Position numbers and translations under genes: made by a program
The notes under the pieces: generated by a model
The model's database searches: none
What the model was told of the DNA's origin: nothing
What the model saw: only the letters and a program-made list of their open reading frames with translations
Origin: Podarcis melisellensis
Lineage: Eukaryota
NCBI GenBank assembly: GCA_964234715.1
Contig: OZ174283.1
Length of the DNA: 64,000 nt
Reading direction: 5' to 3' (one strand)
Part shown: in pieces, positions 1-10,769 of the stretch
Layout: the number at the start of each line of letters is the position of its first letter
Position numbering within the stretch: position 1 is the first letter of the stretch

Positions 1-1526
1 TAAATTGTACATACACAGAGAGATGATACATTCACATTTCTGAGACCAACAGGTTCATTTTAATGGCAGTTAGATCTGCTTTTGTGCTAAAAGTCCCACA
101 CTATTTGCTGAATCCATCTTATTGACCTCAATTGTAGTACAGATCCTCTTCTACGATGCTTACAGAAAAAGCAGTAATTATAAAAGTACGTGAAAACACA
201 TCAAGTAAACCTTAAAGGGATAGAGTAAGCTTTTACTGCCCCCATCTGCACTATGAGGCTTGCCTGAAAACCACCATTAAAATGCAGACTACTGATTGTT
301 GATATGCCATTATTGTTGTCATGGGACAAACTATTATGGGGCCAGCGAAGTTTGAGTGGTTTCTATATTAATGAAGCTTTTACATTCTTAATGAAAGCCG
401 AGCAGGGGTTTCTTTGGTATTTCAATTAATAAAACATTAAAAAGGACATTTTCCTTTCTGCATTTGGGATATGATCCTTCCTAGTGCCTGTGTGGAGAAG
501 GATCATACCCTTTGTTTTCAAAAATTCATATGTGGAATAGAGATAGCCAGTGGCACAGCTCTTAATCAGACACAGACATGTTTCCAGATTTTAAGCACTC
601 CCAACATTTTTACATTAGCTAGTCTAGCATGTCTTTATTAGACTGATAAAAATTGCTCAGAATGCAGTTAACAGTTTAAATTTAAACTTTTCACATTGTA
701 TTATCATTACTGAGGAAGATTCCTATTTTTAAGTATAAAAGACCACCAGATTGCTACCTCATATAATGACAGTTTTAGAGACTGGCAAGATAATTAGGAT
801 TATGTGGATGTGATTCTACTAGCTTCAGAATTTATCTTTCAGTGGAGTGGGGAATCTTCTGGTGACTCTAGTAACAGTTCTGCACATATAACCACCTATT
901 TCTCCCACCTGCCTCTTAAAACAAAAACCAGAACTGGAAGTAAGCATCTAGACTGAGAAAGTGACAGGCATATATTGATAGCAAGAAAAAGCAGCAGCAC
1001 ATAATTATTTTTATTAATTTATGAATTGCCTTTTATTGTTTAAAAGCAACACAGAACAAATACCTAAGGCCTTTTCATTCAGCTGGAAAAATCCATCACT
1101 TACTGATGGATGGAGGCAGAAGATGGCTTATTCAGTAGAGGTGTACAAGCATTTTGCCTAAACTGAATTCCAAAGTGAAGTGACCCACTCTGGAAGTATT
1201 TACACTTTGTGCAAAGCAAAGCAAGGTGAAACAGTAGGGTTCTGAAGCTTCAGATAGTTGTTTCGGTTCCAATTTAACCTGAATTTGATAACAGTTTTGA
1301 GTCACCTACAAGCAAGTTTTACGTAAAAAACAAACCATCAGGCCAGAAGGAAAAACAAAGAAATGAAGGGGATTATGTGACTGATAGCTACAGTTCCCAA
1401 TTAGGAAATTACTTTACAGAGCTCTCCAATAACAGTGCCTTTGGGATGGATGCTGATGTTCCAGTACATTTGTTGCTCTTTGCAAATTGACACACTGAAA
1501 GTGTTTGTAGTAGTTGTTGGTTGTTC

Positions 1527-1582
<56 letters not shown>
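1527..1582. repeat. (TTTC)n microsatellite
   Basis: Direct reading; it produces the KKER-repeat spurious ORFs. Confidence 0.97.
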
Positions 1583-1868
1583 TTTGTATAACATAAACTT
1601 TCTTTTTTCCACATCTCTTTAAACATCTTTGCACTTTGTTACTTTGATGGCAGTTTTGAGCAAAAACAATGAAATTCTCAAACTGTTTCTCATTGATCAT
1701 AACTCCCTAACTCCTGCACCTATCATTCTGAAATTTTCTAGAGATGTTCCCTAGGATCACATTTAGCATGTAACTTAAGTGAAGTCCAGACAAATTAATA
1801 ACTGGCTAGAAAAGGATGCACCCTTCTGTCTGAAATTTGGAAGGTTTCACCCTCTCACAAACAAATTA

Positions 1869-2119
1869 CCATATTTTTCGCTCTATAAGACGCACCAGAC
1901 CACAAGACCTTTTGGAGGAGGAAAGCAAGAAAAAAAATATTCTGAATCTCAGAAGCCAGAACAGTAAGAGGGATCGCTGCGCAGTGAAAGCAGCAATCCC
2001 TTCTGCTGTTCTGGCTTCTGGGATAGCTGCACAGCCGGCATTCGCTCCATAAGACGCACACACACTTCTCCTTACTTTTGAGGAGGGAAAAAGTGAGTCT
2101 TATAGAGCAAAAAATACGG
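1869..2119. mobile_element. Non-autonomous Tc1/mariner (pogo/Tigger-like) MITE
   Basis: TIRs CCATATTTTTCGCTCTATAAGAC / GTCTTATAGAGCAAAAAATACGG, flanked by TA at 1867-1868 and 2120-2121. Confidence 0.88.
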
Positions 2120-2217
2120 TACTATCTATGTAAATTCTGTCCGTGTTCTTAAGCTGAAAACCTACCTGGATCAGTGATGGAATTGGAGTCAGGTTCTTCT
2201 GTCATTAAAGAAGTAAA

Positions 2218-3413
2218 ACAATAAAGATCTCCTGTGTTGCAAACAGAACAATCTGACATTCCAAAAGCAAAACTGTAGGCTAACAATATGATTACAACAC
2301 TTTTATATAACTACTGAATTGTATCTTAATTTACAATATAGTGTACAATATAGACACTTCAGGTTGCGTTTTTTCGGGTTACGGACCCACTGAAACCCGA
2401 AAGTACCAGAACAGGTTACTTCCGGATTTCGGCGGTCATGCATACGCAGGAGCGCCAAATTGCGCTTTGTGCATGCGCAGAAGTGCCGAATTGCAACCCT
2501 CGTGTGCACAGACGTGCCGTTGTGGGTTGCGAATGCTGCAGGTTGAGGACATGCATCCCGCATGGATCACGTGCGCAACCCGAGTGTCCACTGTATATAC
2601 ATGGTGACACCAACTAATATGAGTTAAGAAAATGTCCCAAAGTAAGGGATTTTTTGGCTAGTATAAGATCACAAAGAATCACTCAAGCTTGAGGCAACAT
2701 GCCTTCTAAGGTAAGTGTAAAGTCAGACACAGCACAATTTATGCAGTGTTTTGCAGGGAATAATTTAATTTTCATGTTAATGTGGCTGTTGTCTATATTC
2801 TCATTTCTGTATATTGGATGCTGTACCTTTTAATTTCATGTTATACCATTTACCTGCTGGTGGTCTTTATAATGCAATGTTTTAGCTAACAGTGTCAGCC
2901 AATTACACTGATTAGTGAAAGCTGAACCATTTGTATTCTGTGTACCCTTTTGGACGTTTTACTTCATAATGTATCTCTTATTGTGTAATAACCATTTGTA
3001 AACCGTTCAGGTATATCATCTCATTTATTGTATTTGAATGTAATTGATTTTATTTGGTATTATTATCAGCTGAGAAAGAAAATTTGAAACAGTCGGTTAT
3101 CCTGGAAGGACTCTCCAGCTGCTGTGTTTGGAGCACCAACATCCTTTAGCTTATTCCCTGCAAAACACTGCATAAATTGTGCTTTGTCTGACTTTACAGT
3201 TACCTTGGAAGGCACCTCAAGCTTGAGTGATTCTTTGTGATGTTACACTAGCCAAAAATTCCTTACTTTGGAACATTTTCTTAACTCATATTAGTTGGTG
3301 TCACCATGTATATATTGCACGCTATATGATTGTAAATTAAGATACAATTCAGTAGTGATACAAAAGTGTTGTAAGCCTATTACCAGCCTACCACTTTGCT
3401 TTTGGATTGTCAG
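2218..3413. mobile_element. TSD-flanked element with long inverted arms, probably a Penelope-like retroelement remnant with inverted pLTR
   Basis: 2250-2763 (minus a MITE insert) is the reverse complement of 3151-3416; 14-bp direct repeat ATTAAAGAAGTAAA at 2204-2217 and 3414-3427. The inverted repeat is seen directly; the family call is inference. Confidence 0.6.
2353..2593. mobile_element. Tc1/mariner-type MITE nested in the left inverted arm
   Basis: Right TIR CGCAACCCGAGTGTCCACTG-TA; left TIR GACACTTCAGGTTGCG lacks the terminal CAGTG; CpG-rich; absent from the right arm, which shows the empty TA run. Confidence 0.85.
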
Positions 3414-4404
3414 ATTAAAGAAGTAAAGACAGGGGAAAACAGAGCTTTACCCACAGCAGAAAACCTTCACCAACTCCTGTATGATAGTGCATAAGCTATG
3501 TCATAAGCTTTTGGGGGGAAGATATGTTTGGCTCAAGAACACCCTTGCTTGCCCCACTCAGCCATGTGCATTTCTTCCATTTCATTCCTGCAGTAAGGAT
3601 ATATATCTTGAACAAAAGCTGTGAAGTGTTCAGAAAATGAGTAGATTTTCCCAGACTGTGTCTTGTCAATTTAACTGCTTAGCTATTGCACTTGACAGAT
3701 GTCAGAGAGATATTCAGATAGCTACAAAAAAAAAACACTTTCTCTCCCCCCACCTCCTACTTTAAGACTCCCTTCCCATTCTTGTCAGGCAGAAAAAAGT
3801 CAAACAATGGGAAAAATTGACAGATAAGAAAACTGGCAGAAATAGTGGGAAAAACTGTTTCCACCATTCTTGACACTTCATCAACTATTACCAGCAGGGA
3901 ATAGCAATAAGGAGTCTTTTTGTGCCACTAGTCCCTAGCTAAAAATAGCTTTGAAACCTATTGGAGAGCTGCAGTTTTAAAAACAATGGCTATTCAGCTG
4001 ACAGCCCACCTGGCCACATGGCATCCAAATGCCTTTCCCTTGTTTCTAGGTAAGGCAATCTTTAGAGTTCAGTATTTGTAGAAACAAAACTTATCTATTT
4101 ACTTAGCATAGATTTTTCTGTAGCTTGTTTAAAATATTCATATCCCACCCTCTCCAAAGCCTTTTTTATTGCTCGTACAATAAAAAAAAAACCTTCCCTT
4201 TATCTGGGGCTTTATAGTTTGTTCATAACATATATGCCAACTGCCCTCAAACACAGTTAGATAACTTCTGCAACTGCTGTGATGTAACTGTTGCCTGCAA
4301 GATCTAGCACAGTGATCTTAAACATATGCACATGGCAGTTCATTGATTTCAGTGAATTCACTTCAGGATAACTGTTTCTACAATTCAGCTTTGCGGGCAG
4401 ATCC

Positions 4405-4452
<48 letters not shown>

Positions 4453-4480
4453 TTTTATTTATACCCCGCCCTCCCCAGCC
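4405..4480 (-). repeat. (AAT)n microsatellite with an adjacent short retroposon 3' tail
   Basis: (AAT)16 at 4405-4452 followed by TTTTATTTATACCCCGCCC, the reverse of an L2/SINE-like GGGCGGGGTATAAATAAA tail. Confidence 0.85.
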
Positions 4481-6342
4481 AACTATGCACATCATTTAGA
4501 TGAAAGCATAGCTGAAATTGGATTTGCCTTCTAAAGAATGTTTTAAAGGTCTGATTTTGAACTTCTGCACCTGTTATGCATGATTAACAGTGTGTATCAG
4601 AAGTGAAAAATAATAATGTCAATTAAGCACATGGAATCCAGTTCAGCATATCACCAAAAATAGTTAAAAATGCACATTTTCTATTAATAGTAAGATGTGT
4701 CAGACAGACATATATAAATTGAAATGTATATTAATGGGTATATGTTATTGGCTAAAAATGTTGCCAGTGTTGCAAAGACTCAGCTACTGAATAGAGCTCT
4801 GTTTTTTTCTCAGTTATGTTTTGCTTTTATTCAGACATCTTCCTTGTTCCTTTCAATTTTTTTGCATCTACTCAGTGTGTTGTATTCATCCTACCCTAAC
4901 CTCGCTGCCAAGAGAAGTGCCTCCAATGAATTTTAGGGTTTTTATTCCTGACCTCTGTTCCCATATAAGCCAAAGAATCTCTTAGCTCATTACATAATGG
5001 TTCAAGATTTTAACAGAGGCTTTGTACTACTAATTTTCACAATGTAAAATTCTGTAGATGAGCCATATAAAGCCAGTTTCTTCTCTAGCGTACAATATTA
5101 AAACATGCAGAACAATTAACAATTAACTGCTTTCTTTTTTTCCTTTTAAAATGACAAGTATTTGGAGGCATGCCCATTCTTTCAATCTATCCATCTATAT
5201 AATTCTGTCTTCCCCTCCTCCAGTTACTCTAGCTATATGCACTCCACAGAAGTCATTTACTAATTTGAGACATGCCAAGGAAAACTGGCAGCCTTCCTCA
5301 ACACCTCCTCTCCAAGGCAGAAAGGATAGCACAATGCAGCAGACATTCAGAATTCAAGAAATGTCTTTTTTCTTCAAAAGGATCCTGGCAAGTTTGTAAT
5401 TTCATATCCTTTTCTCAGAGTTGACAAAAAATGGAAAGGTAATCTATATGAAATACAAAATTTTGACTGCAGTTCTATACACCCAACTGAGTCCCACTGA
5501 ATTAAGTAGAAATTACATCTAAGTATACATGCTTAGAACTGTGCTGTTAAAAATTATATATTCAAATGGAGTTTATTTTAAACATTTTTATACCATATTC
5601 CATTCTATTTAAGAATTCTGGAATGGTATATGTTCAACTGAATTACATATATACACACACACACACCAGAAAAATCCTGACTTCCTAAAACAGAATCAAG
5701 TTCAGAAGATGGATATCATAAAATAAAACAGTACACTTCAGAAGACCCATTAAATTGTTTGCTGCATTCGTAGAATAAAAAATTGTACCATTCCAGATCA
5801 TGTGGAAAGAAATATATGGGCTATTCAAATTATCTGCCCTTGTGTGAGAATACATATAGCCTTTACTTAAAACAATCACAGAGATACCTAATATTGTGGA
5901 AGCATATAGTAGCATATTAACTAAGCTAGAGTTCATTAGCAAGTTGCTATCTAGTTCGACTAGGGCTAACAACACTGCTAAAGAAAGACCTGGGATAAAG
6001 TAAGATGCTAAATGAATAGGGTTCTCAATGCTTGACCAGATATCTTTGAAATCAATTGCACTTTTTTGATATAGTTAGACATTTTATTTAGAAGGAATCT
6101 AACAATCTGATGGACAGATTTCCATAAAATCCTGTCACTACAGATAAGTGGTGACACCAATAGTGTCACTGTGTTTGATGCGAACCAATGAACTTTCTGT
6201 TTTCTTAAATATTTACTTTTTGATGTCAAAATCAGAGAGAAAAATGAATAAGTCATTCTCTACACGTTAAACTTTATTGCAAGAAAGGCAAAGGGAAAGC
6301 TGCTATGCTGAGGAAAGAACACAGAAATTAACAGGATCTGAT

Positions 6343-6666
6343 TGAAGAAGAAGAGGAGGAGTAGTTTGGATTTGGTATCCTGCTTTATATGTGGGCTATT
6401 CAAATTATCTGCCCTTGTGTGAGAATACATCTAGCCTTTACTTAAAACAATCACAGAGATACTCTAAGGAGTCTCAAAGCAGCTGACAATCTCCTTCCCT
6501 TCCTCCTGTACAACAAACACTCTGTGAGGTGAGTGAGGCTGAGAGACTTCAGAGAAGTGTGACTAGCCCAAGGGCACCTAGCAGCTGCATGTGGAGGAGC
6601 GGGAACACGAACCTGGTTCACCAGATTACGAGTCTACCGCTCTTAACCACTACACCACACTGGCTC
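6343..6666 (-). mobile_element. tRNA-derived CORE-type SINE (squamate Squam3-like)
   Basis: Minus strand starts GAGCCAGTGTGGTGTAGTGGTTAAGAGC (A box), has a B-box-like GGTTCGTGTTCC, a CORE-like CCTTGGGCTAGTCACACTTCTCTG and a (CTT/CTC)n tail. Confidence 0.85.
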
Positions 6667-6723
6667 TCACTGAGAGCAGAGTAGTTGTGAGCTGATTATT
6701 ATAATAGATCACATTATTGAATA

Positions 6724-6924
6724 CAGTGGTACCTTGTGTTGGGTAACCACTTCGGGTTACGGCCATGGCAAACCTGGAAGTGTATAGTTCCGGGTTTCAC
6801 GGCTCACGCATGCGCAGAAGCGCTCTATTGCACCGTGCACAGAAGCGGTGCCTCTAGTTACAGATTTTTCGAGGTGTGCACGGCACCCCGAAACAAATTA
6901 AATTCGTAACCAGAGGTACCACTG
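6724..6924. mobile_element. Tc1/mariner-type MITE
   Basis: TA-CAGTGGTACCT ... AGGTACCACTG-TA. Confidence 0.9.
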
Positions 6925-7030
6925 TACTCTTCCACCATAATAAAGTTCTTTGACAGTGAAAAATGATCCGTTGTGCATAAGTGAGTGTGTGAGCCCCAGC
7001 TATAGTAGCGTAACCCAGGAACCACCTCAC

Positions 7031-7637
7031 CATAGCTGTCAACTCACAGATTTGAAAATAAGGGACCAGCAGCCTTGAAAATAAGGGACCAGCAGCCAAA
7101 TAAGGGACCTGCACCCTCACCTGTTCCAGGCACTCCAGTCTTCCTGTCCTCCTGCAGTCTGGTCAAACTCATGCTGAGTAGCTTCGAGAACACTGTCCAA
7201 CCAACTTTGTAACCAGAGGTTCAACTGAATAGAATCTGAATCAAATGCACCACAAGGCCTAGGCAGCCTCAATTTAAGATGGCTCCCCAGCCTGGCTTTG
7301 CACTGCAAAGTTTGCAGCAGCACGTGCAACAAAATGGCGTTCAGCATTCAAAAAACCCCTCAGCTTGCATGAACTAGCCACACACAAGGCATGCAAGCTC
7401 CATCCCCCCAGTCATTCTTAGACTTCTTATTGGGTGAGCAACACAGCCAAGCAACACAGTTGGAGCCTCCCTCCTCTTTGGCCGGCAGGGAGGGAGGGAA
7501 AGGAGCTGCTTCCTTTGAAATTTAAGGGACATCATTTAAGGGATATTTAAGGGACATCCATCAATAAGGGACAGCAGCAGGACATGGCGCTGGAATAAGG
7601 GACTGTCCCTTCAAATAAGGGACACTTGACAGCTATG
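7031..7637. mobile_element. Non-autonomous hAT element (composite)
   Basis: Perfect 12-bp TIR CATAGCTGTCAA/TTGACAGCTATG; 8-bp TSD CACCTCAC at 7023-7030 and 7638-7645; repeated subterminal TAAGGGAC. Confidence 0.93.
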
Positions 7638-7824
7638 CACCTCACTGAGAAGTACCGTAAGCCTAAGAGTGTAAACTGAGATAAGGGCTTCTAGTTAGTA
7701 ATTCACTCACTAGGTGGTTATTAGCAAACCATTATTTTATCTTTCTCAGCACCACATCCACAGTATATAAGCAATATGGACTGTCTTATGTTAAATGCTT
7801 TTTACATTAGAAAGATGTTAAATA

Positions 7825-8126
7825 CAGTGGTGCCTTGCAAAACGAATGCCTCGCAAGACGAAAAACCCGCTAGACGAAAGGGTTTTCCGTTTTTCGATGC
7901 GCTTCGCAAGACGAATTTCCCTATGGGCTTGCTTCGCAAGACGAAAACGTCTTGTGAGTCTTGCGGTTTTTTTTGCTTCCCCCCTTTTTCTAAGCCGCTA
8001 AGCCTTTAATAGCCGCTAAACCGCTAAACCGCTAATAGCGCTAAGCCGCTAAGCCGCTAATAGGGTTGCTTCGCTAGACGAAGAGACTCGCAGAACGGAT
8101 TATTTTCGTCTTGTGAGGCACCACTG
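7825..8126. mobile_element. Tc1/mariner-type MITE
   Basis: TA-CAGTGGTGCCTTGCAAAACGAA ... TTCGTCTTGTGAGGCACCACTG-TA; internal GCCGCTAA and CGCAAGACGAA repeats. Confidence 0.9.
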
Positions 8127-9857
8127 TAAATGCTTAAAAACATGATAATTGTAGCCTGTATCTTTACAGATCAAACATTCTGTTTAACATCAGGTAGGCC
8201 ACGATTTACCCAAAATATAGTAGTTTATTATAACATTAGTGTAATTTTGTTCTGTCATTGAAGCGATGGTCATCCTAACTGGAAATGTGAAAAGTCCCTA
8301 CTGCATAACTGCTAAGGTGTAGTTGTAGTTGTGCTATTAATTCACAACAGTAGTTTAGAGTCATATTTCTTGTATTTTAAGTTCCTGAAGCACAGTGCAG
8401 GTATAATTTTGCTGCCATTGCATAGGCCTCACACTGTTTAAAGACTGTTTTTCCTCAAAGCAGCAGGATGAAATTTCTAAAGAAATTCAGCAACCCTCAG
8501 CATGAAAAAAAAACACCCATCCATAAAAACTATATTCATAGTCATCTGGCATTGTCATTTGAAAATGCATTCATTTGGAATGAACAAAAGATGTCCAATT
8601 TTCTTCTGTTGCTTTGAAATTGTTTACCCAAACTGCAGAAGAAAGGTGTCAGCTCTTAGGACAGCCAGCTTATACATGAGCTGCCATTTATAATCTTTCC
8701 ATATTTTGCATAACTAATTGAGCTAATTACATTCACACAACTGAAGTGTACCTGGAAAATGTTTCTGTTCCTAGGTTTTTCAGATGACAGCAAAGACGGT
8801 TATATATTTTCTAAATTGAGACATATTATAGTCATAAAAGGTTTCATATATTTGGCCTCGAGTCACAGTGAAAAAAATGGTAGCAGTTCTATTCTCCCAG
8901 TCAGAATTCTGCATAAATAATGTTGGGGGTCAGACACAGTGAATGTTCTGAACAGGTTGTATCCACCCAACAAAGAGTGGAAGTTTGATGGGCAGCTGGG
9001 CTTTTCTGTCCCCCTCCACTACCCTGAGGGTTGAGGGACCCTCAAGAAAGCCCTGGCATATGTATACAAATCTTGTTGAGTTGATCTACTTTCGTCCGTT
9101 CTATTTTCTCTTCAGCAGAACGCCAACATTCAACTTTTTAACACTTTCATTTGAACTTGGCACATTTTGAAAGGCAGCTAAAGGCTGCTTCTGAATGGTA
9201 GACTTCACCATGCACACAAATAAAAGATTAAGTGATAGAAATGGTATACAAATGTATATGGCAAAGGATCAAGTTTCTTAAAATTTGTGTGCTATGTTTA
9301 CATGTTGTTTGTTGTTTACATGTTGCTCAGGAAGTGCATTTAAAAGAAGACAACATTTAAAGAGCAAAACAAAAAGGAATAAAAATATGGGATACTTACT
9401 TGGATCAATTGCAGAAGAAATAAAAATATTGATAAAGCATATTAAGGCCTGGTCTGCTCATGCAACATTTTGAATTTTGTTGATGGAGGTTGTGTCTTCC
9501 CTGGTGCAGATACAAATGCTGCTCATAGAAAACAAAAGAGATGCTGTAGATTCCAGCGTATAAGACAACTTTTTAACCCCAGAAAAGAATTTTAGTGGAG
9601 CTGTGACTATGGAACAGCATATCAACCCCAAAACAAAAGACAGCAGCAAAAACAGAAGTTCATACTGATAAGGCACTGTGTGTGTATTCTGAACCTATAC
9701 ATATACATTAGCATATGTAAATTATATGAAAATTTATGACAATGTATTTCCACTTCCTTGGTGATGCATAAGTGATCAGCATAAGGTGAACTATGGACTA
9801 TGGCTACCCACACACATACACACACACCAGTTTGCAAGCATGCCTTTCATATACTTA

Positions 9858-10323
9858 CTAGGGGTAAGCCCCTGCTTGCTTCTCTTGCCAACCCCCTGCC
9901 ATTACCCCCATATTAACCTCCTATAATTTCCCGTTCCCATCCCATGCAACTAACAAGTTTGCTTTTCATCTTCCCAATGTCATTTCTGAAGCCATTTCTC
10001 TTGTACTAGTTTTCAACTTCACACCCATGTCCATGCCTCCCCCCTCCTTTTGTGCAACCTATGCTTTCACACAAAGCACTCCCATGGTAACTTCCTGCAT
10101 CTTCCTCATCCCACACATTACAACTACTAGGCACCCTTTTCACCTTCTTCCCGGTTATGAAGCCACCATCTCCTCCTCTTCTTCAGACTCTTTTATGCCC
10201 TTGCTTTCATCTTCAACTCTATTTCCATGCTATCGAATGATGCTATTGGTAAAAGAGCTGTAGTAATAAACTGTTTACTTGGAGGATACAGATAGGGGCA
10301 CTTGGTGCAGTAGTAGTGCAGGA
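9858..10323 (-). mobile_element. Putative non-autonomous Helitron
   Basis: Minus strand ends GGGGTTGGCAAGAGAAGCAAGCAGGGGCTTACCCCTAG|T (hairpin plus CTAG); candidate 5' end A|TC at 10323; no TSD. The 5' boundary is uncertain. Confidence 0.5.
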
Positions 10324-10633
10324 TCCAAACAAATATATGATTTGTTCCATACATCAGAGTGCTTTTATCATTTGTGACAGAAGTCCTCAGGCCTCCACAA
10401 CATTGCAGCAAACAAACAACATTTTGGAATTGTAATATTGTGTGATGGCATGATGTTTAAAGATGAGGGGAGTGGTTTTTTTAAAACAACAACACGTGCT
10501 GAAAGGAACATTGCCTACTAAATGAAGAAAGGCTACCAGCTGTAGTTCCCACCTCTTTCTTAAATTTGTCATCAATATTGCCTTCAGCAGCTGTTTGTTT
10601 TTTGTTCTTCTCTGATGACTGGAGGATCTAGTG

Positions 10634-10769
10634 CAGGCATCCCCAACCTGCGGCCTTCCAGATGTTTTGGCCTACAACTCCCATGATCGCTAGTTAACAG
10701 GACCAGTGGTCAGGGATGATGGGAATTGTAGTCCAAAACATCTGGAGGGCCGAAGGTTGGGGATGCCTG
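10634..10769. mobile_element. hAT (Charlie/Buster-type) MITE, 136 bp
   Basis: TIR CAGGCATCCCCAACCT/AGGTTGGGGATGCCTG; TSD ATCTAGTG at 10626-10633 and 10770-10777. Confidence 0.95.

Noticed and set aside
1401-1700. ORFs with KKER repeats, and poly-I/poly-L ORFs at 4343, 49862 and 54019
   Set aside because: Translations of microsatellites
7990-8062. Regularly spaced GCCGCTAA repeats (CRISPR-like or satellite)
   Set aside because: Internal low-complexity part of a TcMar MITE in a eukaryotic context; no unique spacers
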